NCBI RefSeq assembly: GCF_033153115.1
Contig: NW_026889757.1
Coordinates: 5,580,001 to 5,644,000 of the forward strand
Reading direction: 5' to 3'
From: Saccostrea echinata
Lineage: Eukaryota
DNA length: 64,000 nucleotides
Shown here piece after piece: positions 37,185 through 48,227 of the stretch. The first letter of the stretch is position 1. Each line of letters starts with the position of its first letter. Under the pieces are notes generated by a model. It saw nothing but the letters and a program-made list of their open reading frames with translations, was not told where the DNA came from and made no database searches. Position numbers and translations under genes: made by a program.

Positions 37185-39062
37185 TTCTTCATAATATGCC
37201 GATACTCCTTCATTATATGCTGAAACTCCTTCATTATATACTGATACTCCTTCATTATATGCTGATACTCCTTCATTATATGCTGATACTCCTTCATTAT
37301 TTGCTGATACTCCTTTCTTATATGCTGATACTCCTTCATTATATACTGATACTCCTTCACTATATGCTGATACTCCTTCACTATATGCTGACACTCCTTC
37401 ATTATATGCTGATACTCCTTCATTATATGCTGATACTACTTCATTATATGCTGATACTCCTTCTTTATATGCTGATACTCATTCTTTTATTATATGCTGA
37501 TACTACCTTATTATATGCTGATACTCCTTCATTATATGCTGATACTCCTTCATTATATGCTGATACTCCTCTTTTATTATATGCTGATACTCCTTCACTA
37601 TATGCTGATACTATCTTATTATATGCTGATACTCCTCCATTATATGCTGATACTCCTCTTTTATTATATGCTGATACTCCTTCATTATATGCTGATACTA
37701 CCTTATTATATGCTGATACTCCTTCATTATATGCTGATACTCCTCTTTTATTATATGCTGATACTCCTTCACTATATGCTGATACTACCCTATTATATGC
37801 TGATACTCCTTCACTATATGCTGATACTACTTCATTATATGCTGATACTCCTTCATTATATGCTGATACTACCTTATTATATGCTGATACTCCTTCACTA
37901 TATGCTGATACTACCTTATTATATGCTGATACTCCTTCACTATATGCTGATACTCCTTCATTATATGCTGATACTCCTTCATTATATACTGATACTCCTT
38001 CACTATATGCTGATACTACCTTATTATATGCTGATACTCCTTCACTATACGCTGATACTCCTTCATTATATGCTGATACTACCTTATTATATGCTGATAC
38101 TCCTTCATTATATGCTGATACTCCTTCATTATATGCTGATACTCCTTCATTATATACTGATACTCCTTCACTATATGCTGATACTACCTTATTATATGCT
38201 GATACTCCTTCATTATATGCTGATACTCCTTCATTATATGCTGATACTCCTTCATTATATACTGATACTCCTTCACTATATGCTGATACTACCTTATTAT
38301 ATGCTGATACTACTTCACTATATGCTGATACTCCTTCATTATATGCTGATACTCCTTCATTATATGCTGATACTCCTCCATTATATGCTGATACTCCTTC
38401 ATTATATGCTGATACTCCTTCACTATATGCTGATACTCCTTCTTTATATGCTGATACTACTTCACTATATGCTGATACTCCTTCATTATATGCTGATACT
38501 CCTTCATTATATGCTGATACTCCTTCATTATATGCTGATACTCCTTCTTTATATGCTGATACTCCTTCATTATATGCTGATACTCCTTCATTATATGCTG
38601 ATACTCCTTCATTATATGCTGATACTCCTCCATTATATGATAATACTCCTTCATTATATGCTGATACTCCTTCTTTATATGCTGATAGTCCTTCACTATA
38701 TGCTGATACTCCTTCATTATATGCTGATACTCCTTCATTATATGCTGATACTCCTTCATTATATGCTGATACTCCTTCATTATATGCTGATACTCCTTCA
38801 CTATATACTGATACTCCTTCATTATATGCTGATACTCCTTCATTATATGCTGATACTCCTTCATTATATACTGATACTCCTTCACTATATGCTGATACTC
38901 CTTCATTATATGCTGATACTCCTTCATTATATGCTGATACTCCTCCATTATATGCTGATACTCCTTCATTATATGCTGATACTCCTTCATTATATGATAA
39001 TACTCCTTCATTATATACTGATACTCCTCCATTATATGATATTACTCCTTCACTATATGATA
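37185..39062 (+). repeat. 21-bp minisatellite, about 90 copies
   Basis: Unit tatatgctgatactccttcat; generates the spurious long ORFs (YADTPSL, MLILLHY, GVSAYNE). Confidence 0.97.
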
Positions 39063-39339
39063 ATATTTAAAAGATTTGATGATTATTTGTTACTAGTACT
39101 GAGTATTTTCTGTCGAAATTCATGATATTTTGGTGTAATGTTGAGAATCAAAACTTCTGGAAAACAAGACGGGAGCTCATTTCTTCAGTGTGGAAAGCAT
39201 AATTGTGATTGCAGCATGCTTATGAATATTTTGAAAAGAAAAAAACCCCACCATATATCATTTGTAAGCTGTCTGTTCACGGACTTGAAGCCGTTGCTTG
39301 TTCAAATAGAGCCGAGATGATAAATCTAAGAATCGAGTG

Positions 39340-39830
39340 TGTCTCAATATATTTTCAATACACAGAGGATTTTTTTTTAAATCTCCAATCTATGTTTCAA
39401 GATCGTCTTTGTTTATGAAGGAAAAACTCACTTTTACTCAATTCATTGAGCGTCATTCTGCTACATATGGTTTACTCTGATACTCTAAAGGGTTTAGCAA
39501 TGTCAGCAATATCAAAGTCATTTTCAAGCAAATTCTCTAATGTTGGTTTTGGAATATTACACATAGGTGTCCTACATTCCCTGAATTCAGTCTGGTTGAG
39601 ACCCACCATACTTAAAACACTCGATTCTTCATCATCTCAGATGTATCTTAAATACCAACGTTTCAAATTCTCAGACAAACAGCAAACAATATCTGGCGTT
39701 ATTTCATTTTCTTTTTTCAAAAAGTTCATAAGCATATTTCTTATAAGCAATAAGCGATGCATGCAACAATGTTTTCGACACGTGTTGAATTTAGCCTTGT
39801 CTTGCTTTCCAGAAGTTTGTTTGTCAAATA
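39340..39830 (-). pseudogene. Degenerate N-terminal HTH fragment of an IS3EU/integrase-core-type transposase
   Basis: Minus-strand reading with stops and a frameshift: NIPKPTLENLLENDFDIADIAKPFRVSE*TICSRMTLNELSKSEF/SFINKDDLET*IGDLKKNPLCIENILRH, matching the HTH pattern IAxxLxVSxxTIxRR. Confidence 0.5.
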
Positions 39831-41724
39831 TTTCACAAAAATATTATAAATTTTATAGATTTTGTAAGAAAATGACAGAAAATCACCATATTATAAAGTA
39901 TCATTATATAATGAAGAAGCAGCAGCATGTAATATCTCGGGGTATACAACCAAAATAGAAGTGGTACATTTAAATTGAACAGGTATCTCTGCAGTTTAAT
40001 GAAAATTACATACAGTTTTTTACATCTAAAACATTTTTTTGTATTTTTGGATGAAGTTTTCTTAAATACTCACTGGTGTAGAGACTTTTGAGTTATTTTT
40101 CAAAACGTAAAAGTCTCGTTCCTTATATCTAAAAATCTGAAGGTTAAAGCAAAAACACTTTTAAAATTATTACGTGAATAACTAATTAATTTCATCTTTA
40201 TCTCTAACACGTACACTGTAAAAAAATAAGTGTTTTAAAAATAAACACCAAATTGCCACAGATAATAAACACTTCAACACGTTTAAAATTTAAACACCTT
40301 GTGAAGTGTTTAAGAAATAAACACGTTAGAATGTTTAAATTCTAAACACATAGATTTAACATTTAAATACTTCTTCTCATTCTGTTTAAATACTAAACAC
40401 TTCAAAAACACAAAATGTTTAAAGATTAAACACTGAATAAACACAAAGAGTTTACTTAATAAACACAGTACGTGTTTAAAATTTAAACATTTCATGTTTT
40501 ATTAATAAACACGTTCAACCTAAACACTTAAACACTTAAACATGTTTATTCGATGCAACAGATAATAATCACTTAAACATGTTTATACGTCAATTTTTAA
40601 ACACTTCAACGTGTTTAATTTACCAAATAAATAAACACTTAAACATGTTTATAAGTTTTCAACATTTTTATTAAAAACAAACATAAAACAGTACAAAACA
40701 CACTGTGCTTGATGATACATAGTTCAATTCAAGCTGAAAAATAGAATTATCAAAACAAACTAGCATGAACATGTAAAACCTGCATGTGAACTAAATTCCA
40801 ATAAAATTGGTGGTGGAAAGGGGGGGGGGTCTTTGAAATAGGGAAAAATACATACATTATCGCTTAATACAATGAAATATTTTTCAGGAGTAAAATTTTG
40901 AAATATTATTTTAAAAAAAGGGCAAGGGTGTCCTTTACATCATTTTTTTTTTAAAAATAAAACAAACAAATTCATAAATAAATATAATGCAAAAAGGCTG
41001 AAAATGTTATTTGTTGTCTGGGTAAGGGATATATATGTATTACACTAATAAATCCAGTTAAACATGTGACAAGTTTACTTTCATTAATATACAAAGTTTT
41101 AACCAAATGAAGAAATTTTCAAATTTTGACGTGTAAAGAACTAAATTCGTTAACTATTCTTGCAAACTGCCGGGGTATCACTCACTTTTCATATAATATT
41201 CTAACCGAGTTAAACAGTCTAGCTCCTCTGCCTGTGTGTAAAATTCAGGTTCTTCTGCAACGGATGATGATCTCCAGTTTTCCATTCTCCAAAATTTTAT
41301 TCACCCTTAGTAGTTCTAGTTCCTTCTTCTCATCAGAGATGTCCTGAAAAAATATTCACTATGCAAATTCAGAAAATTTTCTGTATGAGAAAACATTGAG
41401 ATCGAAAAAAAATTGTTATTCTTTACGCCAATTTTAATTATATAATTTATACTGAGAAACAAGTTTGGAATAAAAATCTGCAATACAAATAAATCATATA
41501 AGCGTACAAACTGTGTATACACTAAAAAATTAAATATTAATGTACCTGCAGGAGCAGCCCAACAGCAACAATTAAGAGAAGGGGAGGGGGTTATCCAGGA
41601 TATTTTCTATCATGTAAACCCCAAAAATGTAAAGTCTCCTTAAATTACGCGGGCTGGGGATGAAAATTATTGTTGGTACTTGCGCGATTATAGTATTGTT
41701 GCATGTTGTTAACGCTCATGTGTT

Positions 41725-44700
41725 TTGAACATATTTTATTGACATAAACAAATGGATCGGAAACAAGTTCTTACAACTTACTGGTTCCTCTCCTTAAATA
41801 TAACAATTGTCATGCAAAGAAAAAAAAATTGCATAGAAATATTAATTTAACAAGTAACATGATTGAAAGTTCTGTTCAATAACATAGCAATTTAAAATCT
41901 ACAGGTTTCATCAATAAATTTATGGACAGCAGCAAATATTGTGTGATTAGTTTGTAGAGGCAAATCTGTGTCACCCCAAAGTAACAAATTTGTGTCAATA
42001 TTGACCAACTCGTCAAGCAAAAACAGGCGGTTAAAAAGCTTATTTCTAGCATTTGGATAATTTCTACATGCAAAAAAGAAATGATAAACATCTTCGTATT
42101 TACCACATGAACAAAAAGGATTATCGATAATATTTCGTTTATAAAGATCATAATTAAGTAAACAGTTGTGTCTTAGTTTGGTATGAATTATGTTTGTATA
42201 GCGTTTACCAAAAGAAAAATATGTTGGCGGATTGCTGACTTTTGTAATAGACCATAAGTTTTTACGGGATGAATTAATTGAGATGGCTTCTCTCGCTTCT
42301 ACTTTTAATAAATTCCACTGCTTCACAGCATCTGGTACAAAGGACCTTTTGTATACTTCTAATCTACATCGTGGGACAATAAACTGTTCTTTATTACGGG
42401 TATTATATTTTGATACATTTTCATGCGTGTTGGGGACAATATTACTCAAATACATAGGAACATCCCCTTTATGAATTTTGAACATAGTAGTCATTTTTGC
42501 AATATAGCGCCTGGATTTTAAAGTTTCCCACCCAGTTTCTAAATAAAGTGTTTCTGAAGATACAAAAATAGGAAGCCCTGTGACAATTCTAGCGGCAGCT
42601 AGTTGCACTTTTTCAAGCTTATCAGCATCGTGTTTAAAGCAGCCATCCCAAACAATAGAAGCGTATTCAAGCGTAGGTCTAATGAAGGTAGTGTACAATT
42701 TTGAAAGGTTACTTCTACTCAGTTTGTACTTAAGTTTTTTCAAAAGCCCAAGTTTCTTATAAGCATTGTTTACAATACCGTCAATATATGTAGACCAGCT
42801 GAGGTTTTGTGACAAAAGTAGACCTAAGTGTCGATGGACTGGAACACATTCCAGTCTGTCACCTTTAAAAAATAATTGAGGCGTAACAGAAGTAGTTTTC
42901 GTGTTGAAAAAAAATAACCTTAGTTTTAGATGGGTTAAATTTTAGAAGCCACTTATTTGACCATAATTCCAAAATATGTAAATCGTGGTTTAACTTATAT
43001 TCAATGTCTAAAATATTGTATGAGGATTGTTGAAGCGAATTGTCAACCGCAAATAATCTACACATTGACAACATATTTTCAGCCACATCGTTTACATAAA
43101 TCAGAAATAAAAGTGGCCCCAAGACAGAGCCCTGGGGTACACCTGCAAATATATCAAGTTTTGACGATAACAAATCCTTATACATAACTCTTTGTGACCT
43201 ATGACTTAAATAACTAGAGAACCACTGAAGGAGATCACCAAATATACCATAAGTTTGTAATTTAAAAATAAGACCTTTGTGCCACACCCTGTCAAAAGCT
43301 TTTGAAAGATCACAAAAAACCATACAACATGATTTACCTTCATCAATGTTTTGTACAATGTTATGATAGGTTTCTAGTAATTGGTACACAGTAGAATGAC
43401 CGGGTAGAAAACCGGCTTGATATCGATAAAACAGATTATTGCTATGGAAATAATTGTACACATGTTTAAAAATAATTCTTTCCATAATTTTACTAACACA
43501 AGATAATAGTGACACAGGTCTATAATTAGACACCAAAGAGGGATCATCCTTTTTAAAAAGAGGAATAACATGAGCTAATTTCCATAAAGATGGAAATGTT
43601 CTTTCTAATAAAGACCTATTAAACAACATAGTAAGTGGTTTGACAACAGAATGGCATGTAGATTTTAACATCTTATGGCTAACACAGTCAGGACCTATAG
43701 CTTTGTTCACTGGGAGTATTGAAATAATGTCTACTACTTCCTGTTCTTCAATTGTAATTTTACAAAATTTGTCACTACACAGACTATACATGTTTGGCAG
43801 TGTTTCATTTGAATCATCAATAGCTGAAATAGATGAAAAATAAGAATTTAAAGCTTCAGTCTTGTCAAAATCAGAATAAGCCAGCTTTTTTACACCGTTA
43901 TCATTATGTATTTGTATTGGTGGTAATTCGTTAGAGAGTTTAACGTTAAATGAATCCTTCATCAACTTCCAGTAGAGTTTGTTATTATTTTTACTTGAAT
44001 CATTTAAGTATGTTTCTATATTATCGTAATAATTCGCCATCGCATGTTTTTTCATATTGTTAACCGAGTTTCGTACCTTTCTATATGCGGACCAGTCAGA
44101 ATCTTTTTTTGTTTTAAGTGCTTTATTACGAAGACGGTTTCTGATTCTTATTGTTTTTCGTAATACTGAATCAAACCATGGTTTGTCACGAGGACGAATG
44201 GTTACTGTTTGTTCCGGTACACATTCACGAACACTGGTAAGAAATTCAGATGTGAAATTTTCTGTAGCCAGATCTATAGTATCAGCTTCATTGATGATTT
44301 TATTCCAGTTACAATTCTCAATTAAATAGTTTAGTTTTTCAAAGTCCGCATTTTTATAAACCCACACTTTTCTTTTATAAGAACGATTATAATTTATATT
44401 TGAAGAAAGCGAGATATAAGTAGCTCTATGATCACTTATGGACGACTCCATTATTAACGTGCCCGATTCGGTAACTTGAATATCAACAGAAGTGAGAATG
44501 GGGTCAAGAAGCGTGCTCGACGTGTTCGTAGTTCTTGTTGGTTCATGGATATTGTTAACTAAATTGTGTGTTGTGATCATTTCACGGATGATATGTGTTT
44601 GTGGAGCATTAAAGAAATCAACATTAATATCACCGACTAATACTATCTTATTCGAATGTTCACCTACTTTATCAATACACCATGAAAGTTTGGTCCAGAA

Positions 44701-45119
44701 ACTGCTCTCGGAGTTCGAAGGACGATATACACAGCATAAAAAATATTTACAGGTATGGTTATCTATTTCGATCCATATGCATTCAACGTCAGCTGGTTCA
44801 AATTCCTGGCGCCTAACAGCCCGTATTTTATTAGATAAGTAGATCATAACACCACCCCCAAAACAGTTTCTATCTTTTCGCAAAATATTACAAAACCCAT
44901 CGAAGTGTAAATCATCATTGTGTACGGTATGGTCAAGATGGGTTTCAGTAAAACATAGTATGTCGAAATCATGAACAAACGAGTTTAAATGACCTATTTT
45001 GTGTCTAATACTTCGGATATTGAGGTGTAAAATGTCAAGGACATTTTCAATATTAGGCCCCGGATTGACCTCGATATCGCCACATGCCAGTAGAACAAAC
45101 GTAAATAATTGTAAATAAA
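41725..45119 (-). mobile_element. 5'-truncated CR1-group LINE (APE endonuclease plus reverse transcriptase)
   Basis: HLNIRS, TETHL, GDINVD and SDH endonuclease motifs; YRPVSLLS, DLSKAFD, GVPQGSVLGPLLF RT motifs; 14-bp TSD AACGCTCATGTGTT (41711-41724, 45120-45133); 3' end aataaaatatgttcaa. Confidence 0.95.
41892..45117 (-). pseudogene. LINE ORF2 with one frameshift and a catalytic mutation
   Basis: ORFs 42865-44883 and 41892-42815 join if one base is removed from the A8 run at 42907-42914; the catalytic FADD motif reads FAVD at 43053-43042. Confidence 0.88.
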
Positions 45120-47484
45120 AACGCTCATGTGTTGTGTATGGTCAGCAAATAATCATAATAATGCGTGATAGGGAGCATAAATTTTATCAAGGGCAGGTAA
45201 TTGGATTACATTTACATACCAGGAATCAATGGTGTGTGTGTGTGTAGGGAGGGGGGGGGGGTGACCCTTTCTCTTTGAATGCCCTTTAAACTCACCTCTC
45301 AAGGTTAAGTATGATCTTCGTTTAAAATCCCTTTCCTTTATCAAGTAATGTATACTTCTCAGGATTCACAATAACAGATGAACGTCCCTGCAAATTAATT
45401 AGATGTCAAAGTACTAAAAGACTACAAATATTTTATCGTCTACCGCTTTGCATGGCCGCATTGTACTCAGACGATTACTAACGATAGGAAACAATCCTGC
45501 ATTTCATAAATGAAAAGCATTAAAGATCTTTAATGTATTTAACAATCTTTTTTTTTCAGATTTTATAAAAAGAAATGTATAAATACCTCCTGTTTCCTTC
45601 CTAGATATGGTGTTTCTTGGCAGTATATGCGCGATTCTGCATCTTCTGCGTTCAAATGGCATGTTACGACATAATCAATTGCGTCATTTTCTATCATAAC
45701 GTATTAAACACGGGTGTTTAATTTGCAATTTCTATATAAATACCATGTGTTTAATTTATAAATAGGCCTATATGATGGTTAAGAAATGAACACTCGTGTT
45801 AAACACCGGTGATTAAAATATTGATAAAATTATAAAAATCATCATAATATATGTTTCTTTTTCCCCTTTAACAGTTTATGAAAATTATGATTTTTTGGTA
45901 CAAAATTACTATAAATTAATGTTAATTGTTAATGTTAATTGTAATTGCTATTGGTATGATCTAAAGTCAACATATTGCCTGGCTATTCGTATTTTTTTAT
46001 GTGTCGAAAAATATCTTCTATGTGCGGATTTACTTCATAAATTAAGAAATTATACAAATGGCAAATGCACACAGCAATACTGAGAAGCAACACCTAATTT
46101 ATTTTTTGATTTGATGCCTATGAACTTTACGAGTTTAAGATGGATGATTAAACACCATACTAATTGAACACCAGTTGAAATAGCAGTGTTTATTTATAAA
46201 ACGCTAATGTTTTGTATTTAAACCCACTATGTTTAATTGTAAAACACGACTGTTTAAAAATTAAACACACGTTAAACATCATTTTTTACAGTAAATCAAA
46301 AAACACCAATGTTTTTCTTGTTCCGCACATACAAATTTGTGTTGTGAAGACAGGGAGGAGATGAAATCTATAATTAAAGATTGATTTAATAAGGATGTTC
46401 ACCTAGTGTTGACCAGCGTCTTTTGTGCTGTTTTGATGGGAATTTCGAAAATGGATCGCTAAATAACCAAATATGCTATCAATGTTATGCAATCTAAATT
46501 GTGGTAGTAAAGATACCAAAAATGTTTGTTTTAGCTTCCAATACTCGAATTTCAATAGAAAGTTTAACATATTCCAGCAGTCCTCTTTTTGTTATTCAAT
46601 GTGAAATCAACATTGGTATGAAAATTTCAAGAACGAGTTTTCATTAAATGATTCATCTAACCAGAAGCATCTGACGTTATGACGTCAGACAATGATCTCC
46701 ATCAAATCTAATTCATAAGATATTGTCCTAAAGCAACAAATAATTCATGTGAGCATTCTAACTGAGTCCTTCCTCAAGTAAACGTCGCAGGTGGACTTTG
46801 TGAACAAAACACATTGAGACTGAAGATTTATTTTCAGTATTTATTATATACCAGAAGCTGGGAATTGTGCCATTGCAATTTATTATGAGTATTACAAGTC
46901 AGAATTGGGAAAGCTGCTTGTGGGCTTAGATAGAGGTATTGCTTCAAAAAGAAGGCATCAACGATTGTTTTTCAAAGAAATACAATGTTTAATGTTTCTT
47001 TTATTTATTTTGATTTCAAATTCGCCAAACATATATTTTGTAGATGTACAAAAAAAAATCAATGTTTAGGAAAATTATCTCGTTTTAATTCTCATCATCT
47101 TAAATAAGATTACTTTTAATGCATGATCATTTAAAAAAAAATAGAATTCTACTACAAAAATATTTGGTGCGTAAATTTTACAGAAAAGACAGATATCAGT
47201 TTATTTCTAGTCTTAAACACATTTGGTCAATCAAAATAGAAATTATTCACAAGAAATAATATCTTTGCAAAGTTAAGAAAACTAGCATTTATTCTACAAA
47301 ATATGAAAGCCTGATTTTGGTCGGTGAAAATGTCCATATTTATCCAAACATATCGCCTTTCATTAATCCATTTCACATCGGTCCCAGTTCCATCATTTAT
47401 TTGTAAATCAACATTTACAATTCAAAATGTAGACTCATTGTCAAAGAAAATCATCAAAAGCAATATTTCAGTTTTTCCATCGAA

Positions 47485-47982
47485 TCACCATCCACTAGCC
47501 TGGAATTTTCGCCTTTTCTTAACCTTCAGAATTTGTTGGATTATTTTCATAATTTCCTCTCTGGACAATTTGTTTGAAGTATCGCGCTTTTTACGTTTCC
47601 AGCCACTCGAGTTAAATCTGTAAGTACCTTGTCTTTTTTGCTCTTTGTTCACCAACATTTGATTTCTAATCTGCATGAGGAACGCAACACATTCATCCAA
47701 GCTATCATCGTCGCCGGTATTCCACAAAATTCGACAAAAAGTCATAGGCTTTTGTTCGACCATAGTACCGAGAAGCAAGATCAAGTCATCTGTGTTTGAA
47801 CGAGGTTCTCCCAAAATTCCGGCGCTTTTGGCGAGTTCCTTCTTGAACAGTTCGTTGGATACTCTTGATAAAATTTCTCCAAATTTGTTGTCATTCTGTG
47901 TACCCCATTTAGGAAAATCTTCCAGAGAAAGCGCCAAGCCTGTACAGATCCAGAAAAACACAGCAAACAGCATTTTCTCCAT
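47485..47982 (-). CDS. Putative neuropeptide/peptide-hormone precursor, 165 aa, single coding exon
   Basis: Acceptor taacag|tcATG; signal peptide MEKMLFAVFFWICTGLALS; Cys pair; KR-QGTYRFNSSGW-KRKKR and KKRR-KFQASGW-stop. Confidence 0.8.
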   Translation of the reverse strand: MEKMLFAVFFWICTGLALSLEDFPKWGTQNDNKFGEILSRVSNELFKKELAKSAGILGEPRSNTDDLILLLGTMVEQKPMTFCRILWNTGDDDSLDECVAFLMQIRNQMLVNKEQKRQGTYRFNSSGWKRKKRDTSNKLSREEIMKIIQQILKVKKRRKFQASGW

Positions 47983-48100
47983 GACTGTTAAAATAAAATG
48001 AAAAAAAAAGTTGTAGAAGCAGAACAATTGGTGTCGGAATCAAATATTTTTTTAAGAGAGAGAGAGATAACTTACTGCCTGTAAAGACATATATGTTTAC

Positions 48101-48227
48101 CTGTTGGGTTTGCTATATACTTGAACCTTATGGAGTCCCACGCTACGAAATAATAAAGATTTTTCAGCTCCTTGTTCAGATTTATCGAAATAATAAATTC
48201 CATAAGCTGCAGGTGTAATTTTTATAG
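48101..48227 (-). promoter_or_regulatory. TATA box and non-coding first exon of the precursor gene
   Basis: Minus-strand CTATAAAAA at 48227-48219; donor CAG|GTAAAC at 48100 (alternative GTAAGT at 48075). Confidence 0.6.

Larger units (their letters stand above)
40214..46293. mobile_element. CACTG-ended (EnSpm/CMC-like) non-autonomous element hosting a LINE
   Basis: Left end CACTGTAAAAAA, right end TTTTTTACAGTA; dense subterminal TAAACAC/GTGTTTA motifs at 40214-40650 and 45700-46280. Confidence 0.6.

Noticed and set aside
37100-39125. 656-aa, 543-aa and 191-aa ORFs
   Set aside because: They are translations of a stop-poor 21-bp minisatellite in several frames, with no gene context.
47599-47631. 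GnRH/corazonin/AKH orthologue call
   Set aside because: The peptide is not adjacent to the signal peptide, lacks the Gly amide donor and occurs in two copies; the similarity is too short to assign.
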